A DNA stretch of 62,726 nucleotides, counting the filler. It is 7 parts of 7 records of this genome, joined end to end, with 100 filler letters (N's around TTAATTAATTAA, not from the genome) between each part and the next. Parts side by side here need not be neighbours in the genome. Positions count along the whole stretch, not along the records: positions 50,620 to 62,726 come from SRR31156797_54676; 6 more parts are not named here. One strand, 5' to 3'. The position numbers and the translations under genes were made by a program. The notes below the pieces were generated by a model. That model saw only the letters and a program-made list of their open reading frames with translations, was not told the DNA's origin and searched no databases. Position 1 is the first letter of the stretch, and every line of letters starts with the position of its first letter. Positions 57,684-62,726 of this stretch are shown here, one piece after another.

Positions 57684-58772
57684 ATGGAACGTGTTAGATC
57701 AAAGATGTTGTTGGTCGGCTTGTTAATGGCCGGTATGATGCTCTTAGTGCAGCCCATGGAGTCAGCGGCTTCTTCTTCCTATGTTGATTTGCAGATTCCG
57801 GGTGTTTCCCGGGATATCGGTGCCGGTCAAATCAGTATTGAAGGCGGTTTCAGTGTGAGCGGCGGAACCGCCCATTACTGGAACGCCCAAAGCGGTTATC
57901 GTACGGTTAATCTTTCAACCGGTGCTGTAACGGACATGGGGGCGCCGAAGGACTTTAAGTCCAACAGCTATGGTGACCCTTTCGGGCTTTACGATCCCAC
58001 GAGCAACACATTTTATGCGGGGACTTTTCTGAACGGCGGGCAGAGTTATGTCTACAAGTATGACTATGCCACCTCCCTGTGGTCCCAGGGCATTGAGGCC
58101 GTTAATATCTATGGCGGGGCTGTTCATAAAGGAGACGTTTATCTTTCCGGATTGAGGGAACCGTGGACCGGCGGGTTCGATACCAATTATATTTCCCTGT
58201 TTGATGATTCCGGCAGTGGGTACCATGATGCCCTTATCAAGGTGGGAGGGGCCTCCGCCCATGTTGCCCTGGACAATGATGGGAACGTCTATTACTCTAA
58301 TTATACCACCACCGGCTCCACCCAGCTGACCCGGTGGACGGCGGAGCAGGTTGCGGGGGGTAAAAATGATCTGGCCGGAGGAGAGACGGACACCTTCCTC
58401 TCCCTGTCGGACGGTGAAGTCCTTTCCACGCTTCCCGGCGGTGCCAACGGTATTACCGTGGACGATGCCGGCCATGTGTTTATTTCCACGAATGCTTACC
58501 CCTCCAGTAGTTTGCTCATGTGGAACGGCGAGGTGGGAGAGGGTAATAATTTTGATTTGGTGGCAACCCATACCGACGGTTCTTTTGCCTGGTTCGGACC
58601 CATGGATATAGAAGGCGATTTCACCAAGGGCGCCTCTCTGTACGGCTCCTATGGATGGAACGGCCCCATCACTGAGATCACGGCAGCGCCCGTGCCGGTT
58701 CCGGGTGCCCTGTGGCTTCTGGGGGCCGGGCTGGTCGGGCTGGCCGGCTTCAGGCGTCGTCAAAATTCATAG
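57684..58772 (+). CDS. VPLPA/PEP-CTERM protein, beta-propeller-like
   Basis: Signal peptide; blade-like motifs (LYDPTSNTFY, ALDNDGNVYY, TVDDAGHVF); tail PVPVPGALWLLGAGLVGLAGFRRR. Start ATG 57684 after GAGGAG. Confidence 0.88.
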   Translation: MERVRSKMLLVGLLMAGMMLLVQPMESAASSSYVDLQIPGVSRDIGAGQISIEGGFSVSGGTAHYWNAQSGYRTVNLSTGAVTDMGAPKDFKSNSYGDPFGLYDPTSNTFYAGTFLNGGQSYVYKYDYATSLWSQGIEAVNIYGGAVHKGDVYLSGLREPWTGGFDTNYISLFDDSGSGYHDALIKVGGASAHVALDNDGNVYYSNYTTTGSTQLTRWTAEQVAGGKNDLAGGETDTFLSLSDGEVLSTLPGGANGITVDDAGHVFISTNAYPSSSLLMWNGEVGEGNNFDLVATHTDGSFAWFGPMDIEGDFTKGASLYGSYGWNGPITEITAAPVPVPGALWLLGAGLVGLAGFRRRQNS

Positions 58773-58952
58773 GTGGTGTCGGTACGGTTAGTTCGTTGGT
58801 GAAGCATTTTTCCGTTGGATTGGGAGATTCAAATTGCTTGGGTAGAAAAAAGGCTATTTAACAAGAAAATCCGCTTAATTCGCAATAATGTGCTGAAATA
58901 GCGCAAGAAAGTAAAAGCAGGAAAAATTGCAACAGCGTATAGTAACTGTGAA

Positions 58953-59029
58953 AATGAAAAAGCCACACCCGTCGTGAGGCGGGGTCGGAAAGCCACGGGT
59001 CTCAAGTAATGAGAAAGCCGGGTTGCCAC
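58953..59029 (+). ncRNA. Second cyclic-di-GMP-I riboswitch aptamer
   Basis: GCCACACCCGTCGTGAGGCGGGGTCGGAAAGCCACGGGTCTC-aagtaat-GAGAAAGCCGGGTTGCC, a near copy of 57549-57612. Confidence 0.9.
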
Positions 59030-59055
59030 AAGGGTGACCCGGCTTTTGTTTTTTT
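59016..59055 (+). terminator. Intrinsic terminator overlapping the second aptamer
   Basis: AGCCGGGTTGCC-ACAAG-GGTGACCCGGCT-TTTGTTTTTTT. Confidence 0.88.
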
Positions 59056-59122
59056 CGCATCGTTTGCCTGAAAAGAAGAAAAGCGCGGGTCGATGAAAAA
59101 ATTTAAGTACAAAGGAAAAAAA

Positions 59123-59989
59123 ATGAAACCCCTGAAACAGCTTGTAAGTATGGCAGTCGCAATTTTAACCGTTGGATTAATGGCATCTGCGTCCCAGGCA
59201 AGTCCTTTTGCCACTGAATTGGTCGATCATTCCGCATCCCTTGATGGATCGGGACAGTACAACGATGCCAACGACTTGTTAGGAAAACCCGCCGAGTACT
59301 GCGCCGGATGGCCTGCAAGCAATAAAGATCACATCAGCATTGTTGAACCCTCCTGGGGAGATAATTACATCACCACCTTTAATGAGGGAGACTGGGCTGT
59401 TGTCAAGTTCGACCACAAGGTCATGGATGATGCCAACAACCCCTATGGCCAGGACCTTCTTGTTTTTGGAAATGCGTTTTTTTCGGGTAATGGCTTTGTC
59501 TCGGATAATACCAACCACGATGAATATACATTGAGCGGTGGTCTCTTCAGCGAGGGTGTTACTGTATCCGTCAGCCAGAATGGTACCGACTGGTACACCT
59601 ATGAAAACGGCCCGACCGGCGACGGCCTGTATCCCACCAATCCCTGGGTGTGGAACTCCGAGCTTTTCAAGGAATCCGGCAACGGTTGGACCGATCAGCA
59701 GAATGATTTTACCAAGCCGGTTGACCCGAGCCTGAAAGCATCAGATTTCGCGGGTTCCTCTGCTGATGCCATGGCGCTTTATGACGGATCTGCCGGCGGT
59801 ACCGGCTTTGATCTTGCCGAGTCCGGGTATGAGTGGATCCAGTATGTCAGGGTGACAGGCACCGGCGGCGAAGTTGACGCATTCGCCGATGTCGCTGCTG
59901 CGCCGGTTCCGGTTCCCGGAGCTATCTGGCTGCTGGGCAGCGGTCTTGCCGGCCTCGTCGGTCTCCGTAGACGTTCAAATCGCGTATAG
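59123..59989 (+). CDS. VPLPA/PEP-CTERM cell-surface protein
   Basis: Signal peptide (ASQA); VKFDH..DD.NNPYG.DLLVFGNAF, VSVSQNG.DW, GGTGFDL...IQYVRV; tail PVPVPGAIWLLGSGLAGLVGLRRR. Confidence 0.9.
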   Translation: MKPLKQLVSMAVAILTVGLMASASQASPFATELVDHSASLDGSGQYNDANDLLGKPAEYCAGWPASNKDHISIVEPSWGDNYITTFNEGDWAVVKFDHKVMDDANNPYGQDLLVFGNAFFSGNGFVSDNTNHDEYTLSGGLFSEGVTVSVSQNGTDWYTYENGPTGDGLYPTNPWVWNSELFKESGNGWTDQQNDFTKPVDPSLKASDFAGSSADAMALYDGSAGGTGFDLAESGYEWIQYVRVTGTGGEVDAFADVAAAPVPVPGAIWLLGSGLAGLVGLRRRSNRV

Positions 59990-60000
59990 GTTGTCTTAAT

Positions 60001-60026
60001 GGGAATCTGCCTGACGGCAGGTTCCC
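60001..60026. other. Intergenic hairpin
   Basis: GGGAATCTGCC-TGAC-GGCAGGTTCCC. Confidence 0.55.
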
Positions 60027-60054
60027 TCAATTTTGTCAGTAAAAGGAGAATGGC

Positions 60055-60675
60055 ATGCGAAAAATGTTAATGGTCTTTTGTCTGGTAATGATAAGCACAG
60101 TCGCCCAGGCGGCACCCTACGATTTCAACGGCACAATGGTCAATGTTGATGCCTGGACGGGCTCCGGAGCCAATGAAACCATCCTGGTCATTGACTGGAA
60201 CCGCATGGATTATGCCGAAGCGACCCTTCATGAATCCCATGCCTTTGGGTATCGCTGGGATGGCGAAAAAAACGAACTGGAAATGCTCACCGATTTTCAT
60301 AATGCGGGCATCCTGGCAATAGATACCGGTTACGGTGGGGCGTTTCTCAATAATGTTGCCTATGACGACGGAACCGGTGAAGTGCATATGCATGTGGAAT
60401 CCGGCAGCTGGAACCTTGCCAGCACGAGTGATCCCAATGCACGTTGGGGTACCTGGGGGGATTCCGAGTGGGACTTCAATAAGGGTGGAATCGACAAGGA
60501 GATGCTTGCTGACGGACAGTTCGAGGGAATCAACGCAATCATGTATTACGGTGTGTTGCCTGCCTATGCTGACACGCAGCTGGATATTCCTCTTGCGACC
60601 CCTGTGCCGGGCGCCATCTGGCTGCTGGGTTCCGGCCTGGCTGGTCTTGTGGGCCTGAGAAGGAAAAATGGTTAA
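60055..60675 (+). CDS. VPLPA/PEP-CTERM cell-surface protein, Trp-rich
   Basis: Signal peptide (VAQA); WTGSGANETILVIDW...FGYRWDG; tail TPVPGAIWLLGSGLAGLVGLRRKNG. Confidence 0.9.
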   Translation: MRKMLMVFCLVMISTVAQAAPYDFNGTMVNVDAWTGSGANETILVIDWNRMDYAEATLHESHAFGYRWDGEKNELEMLTDFHNAGILAIDTGYGGAFLNNVAYDDGTGEVHMHVESGSWNLASTSDPNARWGTWGDSEWDFNKGGIDKEMLADGQFEGINAIMYYGVLPAYADTQLDIPLATPVPGAIWLLGSGLAGLVGLRRKNG

Positions 60676-60721
60676 TGAAAATGCAACCGTTTAAATTCCT
60701 ACTGCAAATGTAACAAATACC

Positions 60722-60758
60722 AAAAGGCCGCCGGTAACACATTCCGGTGGCCTTTTTT
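60722..60758 (+). terminator. Intrinsic terminator
   Basis: AAAAGGCCGCCGG-loop-CCGGTGGCC-TTTTTT. Confidence 0.85.
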
Positions 60759-60841
60759 GCTTATCTTATCATTTTCTATACTTTCTTAAGTAGCTATCGC
60801 TCGTCGAGTTTTTATGTCAATGCTGAAACAGGGGGAATCAA

Positions 60842-61699
60842 ATGAAATCAAACGGGATAGTCGCAGGTCTTATCATCATGGCGTTTCTTTTTCTCGGGGC
60901 CGGACCCGCTTTTTCAGTCGATGTGGATGAAAGCGCCTCCCAGGTGGTCGCACGGGTCGGGGACCGGGAGATCACCCGGTTGGAACTTGGCATGGTGAGA
61001 GGCATGGGGGCGAGGCGGGCCCTTGATCTCATCGTGGAGAAGGTCTTGTTTGCCAAGGGCGCCCGGGAGCTTGGGCTTGATAACGATCCTGCCATCCAGC
61101 TGCAGATCCGGAATGCCAGGGAAAGGATACTGGCCCATGCCTATGTCAGAAGCGTCATGGCCAACCAGACCGGAATTACCCAGGATGAAATCGTAAATTA
61201 TTACAACAGCCATTCCTCACGATTCACACAGCCTGAAACGGTCCGGGCCCGTCATATCCTTTTCCGGGTGCATCCCACGGCCACTTCCCGGGAGATCTCA
61301 ACCATCGAAGCAAAGGCCTTGGCCGTAAAAAAAGAGATCAGCCAGGGGGCGGATTTCGCTTTGATGGCTGAAAAGCATTCCGAGGACCCGGGCACGGGCA
61401 AAAAAGGGGGGGATCTTGGTTTCTTTGCGCGGAATGGAAAGATCAAGGCCATCTCCGATGCCGCCTTTGCCATGGCTCCGGGAGAGGTGCGAGGGCCGAT
61501 CCGAACGTCAGTGGGCTATCATCTCCTGAAGGTTGAGGAGAAAAAAGAGGCCCGGACAAAGCCCGTGGACATGGTTCGGGAAGAGATTGTCGCAACGCTG
61601 ACCCGGGAAAAAAATATAAACGATGCGGCTGCCTTGAAAAAGCAATTGGAAAAGAAATTCAACCTGGAGATCGATCCGTCGCTTTTTATGGAAAATTAG
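60842..61699 (+). CDS. Periplasmic PpiC/parvulin peptidyl-prolyl isomerase (PrsA/SurA/EpsD-like)
   Basis: Signal peptide, VRARHIL, HSEDP..KGGDLGFF, PIRT.VGYHLLKVEE. Confidence 0.92.
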   Translation: MKSNGIVAGLIIMAFLFLGAGPAFSVDVDESASQVVARVGDREITRLELGMVRGMGARRALDLIVEKVLFAKGARELGLDNDPAIQLQIRNARERILAHAYVRSVMANQTGITQDEIVNYYNSHSSRFTQPETVRARHILFRVHPTATSREISTIEAKALAVKKEISQGADFALMAEKHSEDPGTGKKGGDLGFFARNGKIKAISDAAFAMAPGEVRGPIRTSVGYHLLKVEEKKEARTKPVDMVREEIVATLTREKNINDAAALKKQLEKKFNLEIDPSLFMEN

Positions 61700-61761
61700 A
61701 TGCGGCCGCCCGCCATGTAAAAGGGGCATGATATCCGTGAAACACACCGGGAGGGAGCCCA

Positions 61762-62352
61762 TTGCAATTTATCCAGGGGAAAAAGGTTCTGTTTTTTATC
61801 GCTGTTCCAGCTTGTCTGACAGGGATCGTTTTTTTAGCCAATATCGGGTGGTTTTTCTTCTTCAATCCCCTTATCTCCGATTCCCGGGTTACGCATATTC
61901 AGACAGTCGGACCGGGAATGACGATTCCTGAGCCGGAAGGGCCGGTTCAAGAAAAACTGACCGCTAAACAACCCATTGAAACGCCTGAGGACCTCGAAGA
62001 AGAGTTCAACCGCTTTCTTGAAAAGAATGGGGCGGCAGGCGAGTCGCGTCCGGCAGAAGCCGGGACTGCCCGGGAAATGGCATCCTATGGGGATGAGGCA
62101 AAAGAGTCGTTTGTTCAGCAGGCCATTGACAGCATCCCCCAGGTCGGCAGCGTCCGGGTTCCAAATGAAGGCGAGGTCTGGATGCAGCTGCAACCTGGCG
62201 CCGTTATCGAGGAGGGGGGCCAGGAGATGCTGGCATCCGCCGCCAGGATTTACCAGGAAACCATGATGACGGATCAACCTGTAAAAATTGTTGTCTGGAG
62301 GGGGAATCAGCCTGCGTTGGTGCGGACGTTTTTCGGTCCGCCGGTTTTTTAG
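61762..62352 (+). CDS. N-terminally anchored membrane protein of unknown family, likely paralog of 56476-57066
   Basis: TTG start after GGAGGGAG, one TM, C-terminal EVWMQL...ARIY...VVWRG..P...FFGP. Confidence 0.72.
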   Translation: MQFIQGKKVLFFIAVPACLTGIVFLANIGWFFFFNPLISDSRVTHIQTVGPGMTIPEPEGPVQEKLTAKQPIETPEDLEEEFNRFLEKNGAAGESRPAEAGTAREMASYGDEAKESFVQQAIDSIPQVGSVRVPNEGEVWMQLQPGAVIEEGGQEMLASAARIYQETMMTDQPVKIVVWRGNQPALVRTFFGPPVF

Positions 62353-62534
62353 TAAAAGCAATAAATTGTCGCGATTTCGCAATAAAATCCGAGAAATAAA
62401 ATTCGAATATGGATATGTAACATATGGGACCAACAGGGAAAAGTAAGGCCCGTGTTTTGTGGACTGTACTGACTGTTATCTCGCCATGTGTATAGCTCGA
62501 GTCTTCATTTAAAACCTATTAGAGGAGAACCTGA

Positions 62535-62726
62535 ATGAAAAAGAGTAGTGTAAGTGTTGTTGTCTGTATTCTCATGTTCTGTTTCCTGTCTTCCGCCCAG
62601 GCGGATTCATGGAAACTGTCCCCGGGAGGCGAATTTGTTGTAAACGGAATGGATCAGGTCACCTTTGATCTTTCCTATATCAATGACGGGGAGGTCTTTT
62701 TAAGCGATAACTGGGGGGCGAATTTA
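62535..62726 (+). CDS. Secreted protein, 5' fragment (not in the ORF track)
   Basis: AGAGGAG RBS; MKKSSVSVVVCILMFCFLSSAQA-DSWKLSPGGEFVVNGMDQVTFDLSY..., open to the window end. Confidence 0.8.
   Translation, partial: MKKSSVSVVVCILMFCFLSSAQADSWKLSPGGEFVVNGMDQVTFDLSYINDGEVFLSDNWGANL

Noticed and set aside
57549-58962. Riboswitches as c-AMP-GMP (GEMM-Ib) sensors
   Set aside because: The G20-equivalent base is G in both (57549 and 58962), not A. Only binding data can fully exclude it.
59996-60030. TTAATGGGAATC as the start of a cobalamin riboswitch
   Set aside because: The intergenic gap is only 65 nt, there is no B12 box, and the sequence is one arm of a simple hairpin.

Overview
This window is not one locus. 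It is seven unrelated contig fragments joined by six artificial 100-nt linkers (N44-TTAATTAATTAA-N44). (1) 1-10914, Desulfobacterales-like: a sigma54-driven RND efflux operon with its divergent GAF/sigma54 activator, and a PilB/GspE/MshE ATPase with about eight tandem MshEN-type motifs behind a structured leader. (2) 11015-20349: gatB fragment, DUF2065-queA-tgt-aminotransferase-hypA-hypB-MEMO1, a broken HEPN gene, and a second sigma54 activator facing a Tat-exported flavocytochrome c. (3) 20450-30728: spirochaete-type flagellar operon flhA-flhF-flhG-orf-fliA-fapA-orf-orf-cheA-like. (4) 30829-37011: pyrF, Phd/VapC toxin-antitoxin pair, trmJ, a kinase remnant, Trx-HEAT, NUDIX and acyl-CoA dehydrogenase genes. 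(5) 37112-44333: OmpR-type two-component system, DUF1624 gene and RND pump, with clear direct-repeat operators. (6) 44434-50519: anaerobic lipid/sterol-type catabolic cluster, including a 4-hydroxybutyryl-CoA-dehydratase homolog that lacks the Fe-S cysteines. (7) 50620-62726 is the most interesting part. After the end of a Tad pilus locus comes a cell-surface island with four VPLPA/PEP-CTERM proteins, an adjacent dockerin-protein plus cohesin-like PEP-CTERM pair, two c-di-GMP-I ON riboswitches, a parvulin, a DUF1573 protein and two paralogous membrane proteins of unknown family. All family calls come from reading motifs by eye. No database search was run.
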